Source: Egibacteraceae bacterium
GTDB taxonomy: Bacteria; Actinomycetota; Nitriliruptoria; Euzebyales; Egibacteraceae
Assembly: GCA_040905805.1 (NCBI GenBank)
Contig: JBBDQS010000048.1
Location: 1-32,000 of the forward strand
Direction of reading: 5' to 3'
Length of the DNA stretch: 32,000 nt
The notes below the pieces were generated by a model, which ran no database searches, was not told the origin of the DNA, and saw only the letters and a list, made by a program, of their open reading frames with translations. The position numbers were made by a program, and so were the translations under genes. Shown here one piece after another: positions 7,833-16,116 of this stretch (within the stretch, counting starts at the first letter, position 1; the number at the start of each line of letters is the position of its first letter).

Positions 7833-9380
7833 GTGACGACCACGGATCCCACCGCAGACACCTACGACGTCATCGTCGTGGGCGCGGGGCTCGGCGGGCT
7901 GTCGGCCGCCGCGCTCCTGGCCAAGGCCGGGCAGCACGTGCTCGTCGTCGAGCGCCAGGACGGGCCGGGTGGGTACGCGCATACGTTCCGCCGCGACGGG
8001 CGGGTCTTCGACCCGGCCATCCACGTCCTCGTGGAGGGCAAGGAGGGACGCAGCGTCGACCTGCTGCTGCGCCACCTCGAGGTGCGGGAGCGCTGCGACC
8101 TCGTCCGTCTTCCCGACCTCTACCGGACGGCCTTCCCGGACTTCGAGCTGACGGTCCCCTCCGGTCACGACGCGATCATCGACGCGCACGTCAGCCGCTT
8201 CCCCCACGAGGCGGATGGGATCCGGGCGCTCTACGATCTGCACGCCCGCTTCTTCCAGGACGCCACGCACCTGGCCATGCAGGTCTCCCTGCGCAATCTC
8301 GACGACATGGTCCGGGACTTCCCGACGTTCTTCCGTTACCGCAACGCCACCGTCGCCGACGTCCTCGACGAGTGCCTGCAGGATCCCCGCGCCAAGGCGG
8401 TGTGCTCGGCGATGTGGCCGTACCTGGGGCTGCCGCCGTCACGCCTGTCGTTCTTCGTCTTCTCCCAGGTCACCAGCGTGGTGGTCGACGGGGGCTCCTA
8501 CTACAGCCGCGGTAGCTTCCAGCGCGTGGCGGACGCGCTCGTCGAGGCACTCGCCCGCGACGGCGGGGAGCTCGCCGTCGGCACCGAGGTGACCAGCATC
8601 GTCGTGGAGGGGGGCCAGGCGCGCGGTGTGCGGCTGGCTGACGGCCGGCAGCTGCGTGCCCCCGTCGTCATCTCCAACGCCGACGCACGGCTCACGTTCG
8701 AGCAGCTGGTCGGTCCCGAGCACCTGCCGGCGCGGTTCGTCAGGCGTCTCCAGCGCTTCGAGCCCGCCCTGTCGGCCTACGTGCTCTACGCCGCCACCGA
8801 CATGGACCTGGCCGCCGCCGGCGCGGTGCACGAGACCTTCGTCTACCGCCACTGGGACCACGACGACACCTACCGCGACATCCTTGCCGGCGAGCCGGGT
8901 GGGATGTGGGTGAACGTCCCCACGATCGTGGACCCCTCCCTGGCGCCGCCCGGCGAGCACCTGCTCATCCTCACCGCCCTCGCCCCCTACGAGCTCGAGC
9001 GTCCCTGGGACCAGGAGAAGGATCGCTTCAGCGAGTCGGTGATGGCCGATCTCGACCGTCTCTACCCGGGGGTCTGCGGGCACATCACCTTCGCCGAGTC
9101 CGCGACGCCGGAGACGCTCCAGCGGCGCACCCTGAACCACCGCGGCGCAATCTACGGCTGGGCGGTGACGCCCCAGCAGGTGGGCAGCAAGCGCCTCCAC
9201 CACGACACCCCCATCGACGGGCTCTACCTGTCGGGGCACTGGACCGAGGAGGGTCCGAGCTCCTTCCGCGTCCTGCTGTCGGGGGTCATGACAGCCCGGA
9301 TGGTGGCGGCACACCGGGGGCTTGCCCACGACGCGGTCCCGACCTTCCGTCCCACCGACCTCCCCGACCTGGTCGGGTAG
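7833..9380 (+). CDS. phytoene desaturase / carotenoid isomerase-like FAD-dependent oxidoreductase
   Basis: YDVIVVGAGLGGLSAAALLAKAGQHVLVVERQDGPGGYAHTF dinucleotide-binding motif; C-terminal IDGLYLSGHWTEEGPSSFRVLLSG. GTG start. Confidence 0.87.
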   Translation: MTTTDPTADTYDVIVVGAGLGGLSAAALLAKAGQHVLVVERQDGPGGYAHTFRRDGRVFDPAIHVLVEGKEGRSVDLLLRHLEVRERCDLVRLPDLYRTAFPDFELTVPSGHDAIIDAHVSRFPHEADGIRALYDLHARFFQDATHLAMQVSLRNLDDMVRDFPTFFRYRNATVADVLDECLQDPRAKAVCSAMWPYLGLPPSRLSFFVFSQVTSVVVDGGSYYSRGSFQRVADALVEALARDGGELAVGTEVTSIVVEGGQARGVRLADGRQLRAPVVISNADARLTFEQLVGPEHLPARFVRRLQRFEPALSAYVLYAATDMDLAAAGAVHETFVYRHWDHDDTYRDILAGEPGGMWVNVPTIVDPSLAPPGEHLLILTALAPYELERPWDQEKDRFSESVMADLDRLYPGVCGHITFAESATPETLQRRTLNHRGAIYGWAVTPQQVGSKRLHHDTPIDGLYLSGHWTEEGPSSFRVLLSGVMTARMVAAHRGLAHDAVPTFRPTDLPDLVG

Positions 9381-9395
9381 GAAGGAGCGCCCAAC

Positions 9396-9926
9396 GTGAC
9401 CACCGCCGACGAGCACAAGCAGATCGTCCTGCGCTACATCGAGGAGGTCTGGAACAAGAACGACCCCTCGAGGTTCGACGAGTTCGTCGCCCCCGACGCG
9501 GTCTTCCACGACCTCGTCCGGGAGGGCAGCTTCCCGCCCGGCAGGGCCGCCGCGCAGGAGAACATGCGCCGGTTCCAGAAGGCATTCGGGCCGGACATGA
9601 CGATGGAGATCCACGACGTCATCGCGGAGGGCGACCGGGTCGTGTTCCGCTTCACGTCCGACGCCGTGCACCGCGGTGAGTTCCAGGGATTCCCCCCGAC
9701 CTACCGTTCGGGGACGGTGAACGGCCTCGTCGTCGTGCGCATGGAGGACGGGCGCATCGCCGAGGGCTGGGCGGAGCTCGACCAGATGGGCGTGGCGCGC
9801 CAGCTCGGTCTCATGCCCGGGCGGATGCCCCGTCCGCTGGCCCGGGCCATGGTGGCCGGTATCCGCCTCCGCGACCGGCTGGCCCGGCGCCGCTCGTCGG
9901 GGGACCGACCCGAGGCGACCCGGTAG
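9396..9926 (+). CDS. SnoaL-like (NTF2 fold) polyketide cyclase-type protein 1, with basic C-terminal extension
   Basis: IVLRYIEEVWNKND...EFVAPDAVFHD...MTMEIHDVIAEGDRVVFRFT...MEDGRIAEGWAELDQMGVARQLG. Confidence 0.85.
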   Translation: MTTADEHKQIVLRYIEEVWNKNDPSRFDEFVAPDAVFHDLVREGSFPPGRAAAQENMRRFQKAFGPDMTMEIHDVIAEGDRVVFRFTSDAVHRGEFQGFPPTYRSGTVNGLVVVRMEDGRIAEGWAELDQMGVARQLGLMPGRMPRPLARAMVAGIRLRDRLARRRSSGDRPEATR

Positions 9927-9959
9927 CGACGTCAACCGAATCGAGTCGCGGGAGCAGCC

Positions 9960-10403
9960 ATGCCCAGCGCAGCGGACCGTGTCAGGAACGTCTTTCCCTC
10001 GCTCATCCTGCGCTCGCCCCTGCACCCGATCATGAGCGGTCGCTATGCGATCATCGAGTTCACCGGCCGCAAGAGCGGTCGCCGCTACGCCACGCCGATC
10101 GCCTACGTCCGCGACGGCGACCGTGTCCTGCTGTCGACCGACTCGCCGTGGTGGCGCAACGTGGCCGGGGGTGCCCCGGTGCGCCTGCGCTTGCGGGGTC
10201 GCACCGTCGCGGGCACGGCGACGGCGATCACCGACCCCGAGGAGGCCGCGGCCATCATCCGCCGACTGCTCGACGCGATCCCCTCCTATGCCAAACCGGC
10301 GCATCTGGCCCGGGAGGGCGGGCGGGTGAGCGACGCGGAGGTCGCGCGCGGCGTGGCCGCGGGCCGGGTCGGCATCGAGGTCGTCCTCGAGGGGTCGCGG
10401 TGA
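9960..10403 (+). CDS. deazaflavin (F420)-dependent nitroreductase-family oxidoreductase
   Basis: IIEFTGRKSGRRYATPIAYVRDGDRVLLSTDSPWWRNVAGGAPVRLRLRGR pattern of the DDN family. Confidence 0.8.
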   Translation: MPSAADRVRNVFPSLILRSPLHPIMSGRYAIIEFTGRKSGRRYATPIAYVRDGDRVLLSTDSPWWRNVAGGAPVRLRLRGRTVAGTATAITDPEEAAAIIRRLLDAIPSYAKPAHLAREGGRVSDAEVARGVAAGRVGIEVVLEGSR

Positions 10404-10855
10404 TGCTCGTCGAGATCGCACTGGTGGCGACGATCGTGCTCGTCGGGGTGGTGGCCGGCAACGAGATCGGGACGCTCGTGGTCATCCACCCCGCCCTGGA
10501 CCGGGTTCCCTACGCGTCCGGGCGGCCCGCCGCCCAAGCGGTCGTCGCGCGCTTCGGGCGGGTCATGCCCGTGCTGATGCCGATCACGATCGCCGTGACG
10601 TTCGTCACGGCGTTGGTCCTCGACGGCACCCCATCCGTGCTGCTGCTCCTCGCCGGCGCGGCGCTGGTCGCGATGCTCATCGTGACCTTCGCCGGTCTCA
10701 TGCCGCTCAACACCAGCCAGCTCGGGGCTGATGAGACCACGCCGGCGGACGAGTGGTACGGCTGGCGTGCACGGTGGCTGCGGCTGCACGCCGTGCGGGT
10801 CGTCTGCGACCTGGCCGCGCTCGTCCTGGTCGCGGTGGCCGCCGTCGTCCGCTGA
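10403..10855 (+). CDS. DUF1772 / anthrone-oxygenase-like small integral membrane protein
   Basis: About 150 aa, four predicted TM segments, MPLNTSQL...EWYGWRARWLRLHAVRVVCDLAALVLV signature. GTG at 10400 is an alternative start. Confidence 0.68.
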   Translation: MLVEIALVATIVLVGVVAGNEIGTLVVIHPALDRVPYASGRPAAQAVVARFGRVMPVLMPITIAVTFVTALVLDGTPSVLLLLAGAALVAMLIVTFAGLMPLNTSQLGADETTPADEWYGWRARWLRLHAVRVVCDLAALVLVAVAAVVR

Positions 10856-10926
10856 CGGTGCCGGCGGGTTAGACTCCAAGGCGCGAGAAGGGCGGTCGGC
10901 GTCGGGTGCCGGCGGGAGGGGGCTCC

Positions 10927-11157
10927 ATGGCAGGGACCAGGGTGCTCGTCGTCGGCGGCGGCCTCGGCGGTGTGGTCGCTGTCATCGCCCTCCGGCAGGC
11001 AGGGCTGGACGCCGTCGTGTTCGAAGCTGCCCGGTCGGTCGAGGACGTGCTGCGCCTGGCAGCCGAGTGCACGGGCTTCGAGGAAGACCGCAAGGGTGTC
11101 ACGGACATGGAGGCAGTGCCGGGCGCTCGTCCGGAAAGGGGTGGTGAGGTGACATGA
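10927..11157 (+). pseudogene. truncated FAD-binding N-terminus (Rossmann) of a second FAD monooxygenase
   Basis: MAGTRVLVVGGGLGGVVAVIALRQAGLDAVVFEAARS resembles the N-terminus of the next gene but ends after 76 aa. It overlaps the start of 11154. Confidence 0.6.
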
Positions 11158-12350
11158 CAACCAGCGCAAAGCGCGTGCTGATCATCGGCGGCGGCATCGG
11201 CGGGACCGCGGCAGGGGTGGCGCTGCGGCAGGCCGGGCTCGACGCGCAGGTGTTCGAACGGTCCCCTGATCTTGCCCGGACCCATGTCGGCGGTTGCTAC
11301 GTCCTGTGGTTCGCGGGCGTGATGTCGTTGTCCCAGCTCGGTCTCGCGGACAAGGTCCATGCGCGCGGGCACCCGGTCACGCGCTTCGAGATGTGCGGCG
11401 CGAACGCCCGCGTGCTGAGCGCCGCCGACGTCGGCGAGCACGGACAGTCGCTCGGGGTGATGCCGGTGGCGGTCCGCCGGGCCGACCTCCTCGGTGTGCT
11501 CACCGACGCGCTCGACAAGGACGCGCTGCACCTCGGCGCGACCTTCCGGGATGTGGTGCAGGACTCGGTCACGGTGACCGCCACGTTCACCGACGGACGC
11601 CGGGAGAGCGGCGACGTCCTCGTCGGCTCCGACGGGCTCGACTCGTCCGTGCGCGCCCACCTGCACGGTCTCGAGCCGGCCCGACATCCCGGGTACGCCC
11701 ACTGGTCGGCGATCGCGGACGGCGACGGCGGCGCGCCTCCAGGGGTGTTCCGCGTCCTGCACGGCGACGGCGCCCGGTTCGCGTTCTTCCACATCGGTGA
11801 CGGGCGGGTGTGCTGGTGGTGCGTCCGCAACGCCCCGCCGGGACCGGCAGGTGACCGCTACGGCGACTACGACGAGCTGACCTCGTTCTTCCGCGGGTGG
11901 GACCCGACAGCCGCCGCGCTCCTGGCGGCGACCCCCCCGAAGGCCATCCACCGGCGTGACACGCTCGACCGGCCGCCGCTGCGCCGCTGGGGTCGCGGCA
12001 GGGTCACGTTGCTCGGCGACGCCGCGCACGCCATGACCTTCGACCTCGGCCAGGGCGCCGGCACGTCCCTGACGGACGCGGTCACCCTGGCCGCCCACCT
12101 GTCCGACAAGCCCGTGCTCGCCGGGCTGCGCACCTACGAGGACCTGCGGCGCTGGGTCACCACACCGCTGGTGCGGATGTCGCGGCTGGTCGGCGCCGCC
12201 TCCTCGTGGGACTGGCCGTTGGGCCCCAAGCTGAACGAGGCCTTCGTGGCCGCAGGCCGGCGGGGAGGGACGGTCGGGGCCCTGAAGCGCGACCTGCGGG
12301 GGCACCCGGCGATGCTGACCGAACGAGGAGGCGAACGTGCCGACACCTGA
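11154..12350 (+). CDS. FAD-dependent aromatic monooxygenase (PHBH-like class A)
   Basis: VLIIGGGIGGTAAGVALRQAGLDAQVFER; DVLVGSDGLDSSVR; GRVTLLGDAAHAMTFDLGQGAGTSLTDAV. Confidence 0.9.
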   Translation: MTTSAKRVLIIGGGIGGTAAGVALRQAGLDAQVFERSPDLARTHVGGCYVLWFAGVMSLSQLGLADKVHARGHPVTRFEMCGANARVLSAADVGEHGQSLGVMPVAVRRADLLGVLTDALDKDALHLGATFRDVVQDSVTVTATFTDGRRESGDVLVGSDGLDSSVRAHLHGLEPARHPGYAHWSAIADGDGGAPPGVFRVLHGDGARFAFFHIGDGRVCWWCVRNAPPGPAGDRYGDYDELTSFFRGWDPTAAALLAATPPKAIHRRDTLDRPPLRRWGRGRVTLLGDAAHAMTFDLGQGAGTSLTDAVTLAAHLSDKPVLAGLRTYEDLRRWVTTPLVRMSRLVGAASSWDWPLGPKLNEAFVAAGRRGGTVGALKRDLRGHPAMLTERGGERADT

Positions 12351-12843
12351 GGAGAACAAGGCGGTCATCCGCCGCTACCTCGAAGAGGCCTGGAACCGGG
12401 GCGACTGGACGGTCGCGGAGGAGGTCGTCGCCGAGGACGCGGTCTTCCACGACCAGGTCCGGGAGGGCGAGCTGCCACCCGGCCGGGAGGGCGTGCGCGT
12501 CGCCATGGAGCGGGTCCGCACCGGGATGCCCGACATGACCATGGACATCCACGAGGTCGTCGCCGAAGGCGACATGGTCGTCGTGCGTTGGAGCGCGACG
12601 GCAACCCAGGCGGGGCCCTTCAACGGCATCCCGCCGACCGACCGTGTCGCCACGCTGCACGCCATCAGCATGGTCCGCATGAAGGACGGACGCATCGTGG
12701 AGGGCTGGCAGGAGGCGGACAGGATGGGGCTGGCCCAACAGCTCGGGCTCATGCCCAAGGGGCAGATGCCCCGCCCGGTGGCCGGTGCGCTGGCCTTCGG
12801 GATCCGCTGCAAGGACCGCCTGGCCCGGCGGCGCCGGCGCTAG
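12337..12843 (+). CDS. SnoaL-like (NTF2 fold) polyketide cyclase-type protein 2, with Arg-rich tail
   Basis: Clear paralog of 9396-9926: VIRRYLEEAWNRGD...DMTMDIHEVVAEGD...MKDGRIVEGWQEADRMGLAQQLGLMP. GTG start. Confidence 0.85.
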   Translation: MPTPEENKAVIRRYLEEAWNRGDWTVAEEVVAEDAVFHDQVREGELPPGREGVRVAMERVRTGMPDMTMDIHEVVAEGDMVVVRWSATATQAGPFNGIPPTDRVATLHAISMVRMKDGRIVEGWQEADRMGLAQQLGLMPKGQMPRPVAGALAFGIRCKDRLARRRRR

Positions 12844-12844
12844 C

Positions 12845-13927
12845 TCATGCGGGGGTGGCGGCGGTCCAGTCGACGACGACGCCTGCGTAGATCCACTTGG
12901 TCGCCTCCACACCGATGAGCACCACCCGCTGTTCGGGTTGGATCATGCCCCTGCGCCACGCGTGGTCGAGGAACAGCGGCACCGCCGCGGAGCCGCAAGC
13001 CCCGGTCATGGCGAGGTTGTCGAAGATCTTGCCCTCCATCGCCTTCCACTCGTCGGTCAGCAGACCGTGCTCGGCAAGCGAGTCGAGCATCCACCCGACG
13101 TTGCCCTCGGGGATCAGGCACCAGTCGACGCTCTCGGCGGCGATGCCGCTGCGGCCGAGGGTGTCCGCGAGCGAATCCACCACCATCTGCGGGGTGAAGT
13201 CGCCGGCGCCGACCACGTCGACCTGGAGGTCGACCAGGCGCTTCCTGCTCAGCTGCTCGTGGATCGGCGCGTGCGTGCCGCCACCGATCGAGTGGATCCC
13301 CGCCTTCCTGGTGCCACCGATGGCGCACTGCGCCGAGCCGATGATCCCGCCCTGGTCGCTGTCGGTGGCCTGTAGCACGAAGGCTCCGGCCCCGTCCCCG
13401 AACATGTACAGGGGCAGCCGGTCACGCATGCGGATCTTGTTCGGGTCCTTGCCCACGAACACCGGAGCCATGACCGGCGAGATCGCCTCGCTGCCCACGA
13501 CGAGGGCGAACTCGTGGTCACCGCGCTCCAGCATCATCCGCGCGATGTCGAGCCCCTGGACACCGCCCGCGCCCCCGGACCGCAGCTCCATGGTGGCGCA
13601 GCGCTCGAGACCGAGCCGCTCCTGCAGCAGGTTCACACACGCGGGCAGGTGGTACTCGGGGGTCCCGGTGGACTGGATCATCAGGCCGAGCTGACCCGCT
13701 TCGACCCCGGCGGTCTCCAAGGCCCTGACCGTCGCCTTGTAGGCCATGTCGGTGTTGCTCTCGTGGTGCTCGCCGGTCTCGGGGTCGATCATCCAGTACC
13801 GCTGCTGGATCGAGATGCCCTCCTGCACGTCGGGGGAGAGCGACCCGACCAACCGCTCGATCTGGTCGTTGTCGATCGGGTCACCGGGCTGGTAACCCCC
13901 CGTGCCGATGATGTGCACCCTGCCCAT
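12845..13927 (-). CDS. KAS III (FabH)-like thiolase-fold protein lacking the canonical Cys-His-Asn triad
   Basis: FabH-like layout (VHIIGTGGYQPGDPIDND; ATMELRSGGAGGVQGLDIA; MFGDGAGAFVLQ; DWCLIPEGNVGWM; MTGACGSAAVPLFL; GVVVDW). Confidence 0.82.
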   Translation of the reverse strand: MGRVHIIGTGGYQPGDPIDNDQIERLVGSLSPDVQEGISIQQRYWMIDPETGEHHESNTDMAYKATVRALETAGVEAGQLGLMIQSTGTPEYHLPACVNLLQERLGLERCATMELRSGGAGGVQGLDIARMMLERGDHEFALVVGSEAISPVMAPVFVGKDPNKIRMRDRLPLYMFGDGAGAFVLQATDSDQGGIIGSAQCAIGGTRKAGIHSIGGGTHAPIHEQLSRKRLVDLQVDVVGAGDFTPQMVVDSLADTLGRSGIAAESVDWCLIPEGNVGWMLDSLAEHGLLTDEWKAMEGKIFDNLAMTGACGSAAVPLFLDHAWRRGMIQPEQRVVLIGVEATKWIYAGVVVDWTAATPA

Positions 13928-14111
13928 GCTGCCCGCTTTCGCTCAAAGGCCCGGCGGCCATGTTCCCCCTCCGCCTCATGAGGGTCAAGGCCCATCCGTT
14001 CCGTCGCAGCCCGTAGACGGGCGTCGCGGCCGGGTGTAGGTTCCGGTGGTTGGGGCCGGGGGACTGTCGCACGGTGATGGGCGGCCCTGGGGCGAGGGAA
14101 AGGTGGGGCAC

Positions 14112-14600
14112 ATGGCTGTGCAACAGGCGCCAGACTTCACGATCGGCCACCTCGAAGGTCATACGGTGAGCCTGAGCGACCACCCGGGGAAGAAGGTGGT
14201 GATGTTCGCGGCGCGCAACAGCGCTGACCAGGCGAAGCAGGCGACCCAGGCGATCCGCCAGCGCTACGACGCCGAGGAGTTGCCGGTCCTGCTGATCGTC
14301 GACGTCAGCAGCCTCCCGCGGGTGATGCATCGTGTCGCCAAGTCGCAGCTGAAGAAGGGCTACGCCGAGGCCGTCGAGATGGCGAAGGCCGACTACGCGC
14401 AGCAGGGGAAGGCCTTTCCCGCGGATGCGTCCAAGGTCGTGGTCATGCTGCCGGACTACGACGGCTCGGTCACGGCCGGCTTCGACGTGGGCGACGTCGA
14501 CAAGGCGGCGGTCGCGGTGCTCGTGGACGAGGGCGGCAAGGTGCTGGGCAGCGCGTCAGGCCCCGGGGCCGGCGAGCAGATCCTTCAGCTGCTCGGCTGA
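14112..14600 (+). CDS. redoxin / thioredoxin-fold protein without cysteines
   Basis: QQAPDFTIGHLEGHTVSLSDHPGKKVVMFAARNSADQAKQ resembles the AhpC/TSA-TlpA start, but no Cys occurs in the 162 aa. Confidence 0.65.
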   Translation: MAVQQAPDFTIGHLEGHTVSLSDHPGKKVVMFAARNSADQAKQATQAIRQRYDAEELPVLLIVDVSSLPRVMHRVAKSQLKKGYAEAVEMAKADYAQQGKAFPADASKVVVMLPDYDGSVTAGFDVGDVDKAAVAVLVDEGGKVLGSASGPGAGEQILQLLG

Positions 14601-14603
14601 CCG

Positions 14604-14645
14604 CCGGTCGCCGTCGACCGAGGTTGTCCCGGTCGCCGTCGACCG
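14604..14645. repeat. two perfect 17-bp direct repeats CCGGTCGCCGTCGACCG, each with a CGGTC/GACCG dyad
   Basis: Copies at 14604-14620 and 14629-14645, start-to-start spacing 25 bp. Confidence 0.85.
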
Positions 14646-14690
14646 GCAGTCCGGGCTCTGGTACCTCCGGCGGACGGGGAGGAGGAAGAC

Positions 14691-16109
14691 ATGCCATCGG
14701 GGGGGAGTGGTGGGGCGGCCGAGGACTCGGCGCGTCTGGTGGATGTGGCCGACGAGGTCGCCGATGTGGTCGTGTTGGGTGGTGGGCTGGCGGGTTTGAG
14801 CCTTGCGTTGCAGCTGCGGCGGGCTGCGCCTGGGCTGTCGGTGGTGGTCGCCGAGCGTCGGGCGTATCGGCCGAGGTCGGCGGCGTTCAAGGTCGGTGAG
14901 TCGACGTCGGAGGTCGGGGCGCACTACTTCGCGAACGTGTTGGGCTTGGGTGAGTATCTGCGGGAGGCGCAGGTCCGCAAGAACGGGTTGCGCTTCTTCT
15001 TCTCTGCGGGGGGCAACCTGGACATCGCCGAGCGTGTCGAGTTCAGCACGCCGTTGCACCCGCAGATTGCGACCTACCAGCTTGACCGGGGCCTGTTGGA
15101 GAACACGTTGTGGGACCGCAACCGGGCGGAAGGCAGCGTGGTGCTGCGCGGTTGCCGGGTCGAGGACGTCGAGCTCTCGGCCGACGGGCATCGGGTCAGC
15201 CTGCTGCAGGGCGCGCCGCTTCGCGACCAACCATCTGGCCGGGCAGGGGTACTGGGTGTGGTTGATCCAGCTGGCGTCGGGGCCGATCAGCATCGGGGTG
15301 TGCGCGGACCCGCGGTTCCACCCGTTCGGGCGGATCGCGTCGCTGGAGGCGTTCGTGGACTGGTTGGGTGAGCACGAGCCGCAGTTGGCCGCGACGCTGG
15401 ACAGCCGCCGCGACGAGGTCATGGATTTCCTCACGGTCGAGGACGTCGCGTACGGCACCGGTCAGATGTACTCGCCCGACCGGTGGTGTCTGACCGGTGA
15501 GGCGGGGTTACCTGAACCCTGAACCTCTACGCCGACCAGTACGCCCTCTACGGCAACACCCAGGTCATGGTCGCCAAGCTGACCTTCGACACGCTGCTGT
15601 ACTGGTCGGTGATGTGCCAGTACTTCCTTCACGACAAGTGGGACGACCTCGAGTGGCTCCCCGCCAACATCCCCGAGGTCGACGTCGCCGCGCTGATGGC
15701 ACGCGTCCAACGGTTCTTCCGGGAGTGGCACGAGCTGGAGCCGCGTCGCTGGCGGGACGCGCTCGTCCCCGTGGCCGACTTCCTGCCGTTGCACGACCGG
15801 CAGGTCGACATGGCCACGCCGCTGGACGACGACGATGCGCTGGCGGGTCGCCTCGCCGAGGGCTTCGACGTGGTGCTGTGCCTGGTGGTGGCGCTCTTCC
15901 ACAAGGCGCTGGAGCTGTTGCCCGACCAGCACATCGACCCGGACACGCGCATTCAGCCGCTGGCCGTGGGCCTCGATCCCGGCGCGTGGGAGGCCGACGG
16001 ACTGTTCGACGACGGCGGCATCTCGCTGGCCGAGGCACTGGAGCGCCTCCCCGGCATCGAGGCGATCTGGCTCGACCGCTACGCCAAACCCGTCGAGGAC
16101 GAGGGGTGA
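14691..16109 (+). pseudogene. tryptophan-halogenase-family flavoprotein, disrupted
   Basis: Reading frame passes from frame 0 (DVVVLGGGLAGLSLALQLRR...FKVGESTSEVGAHYFANVLGL...) to frame 1 near 15215 (ATNHLAGQGYWVWLIQLASGPISIGVCADPRF...WCLTGEAG) and back to frame 0 near 15515 (NLYADQYALYGNTQVMVAKLTFDTLLYW...). Confidence 0.8.
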
Positions 16110-16116
16110 TCATCGC

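Noticed and set aside
6159-8270. 703-aa minus strand ORF
   Set aside because: Antisense to the KS-CLF fusion and CrtI-like gene; no recognisable motif.
8439-10421. 660-aa minus strand ORF
   Set aside because: Antisense to the CrtI-like, SnoaL-like and DDN-like genes; no recognisable domain.
13974-13983. CCTCATGAGG 10-bp palindrome in the KAS III-like/redoxin-like divergent region
   Set aside because: Short and expected by chance; no second copy found by eye.
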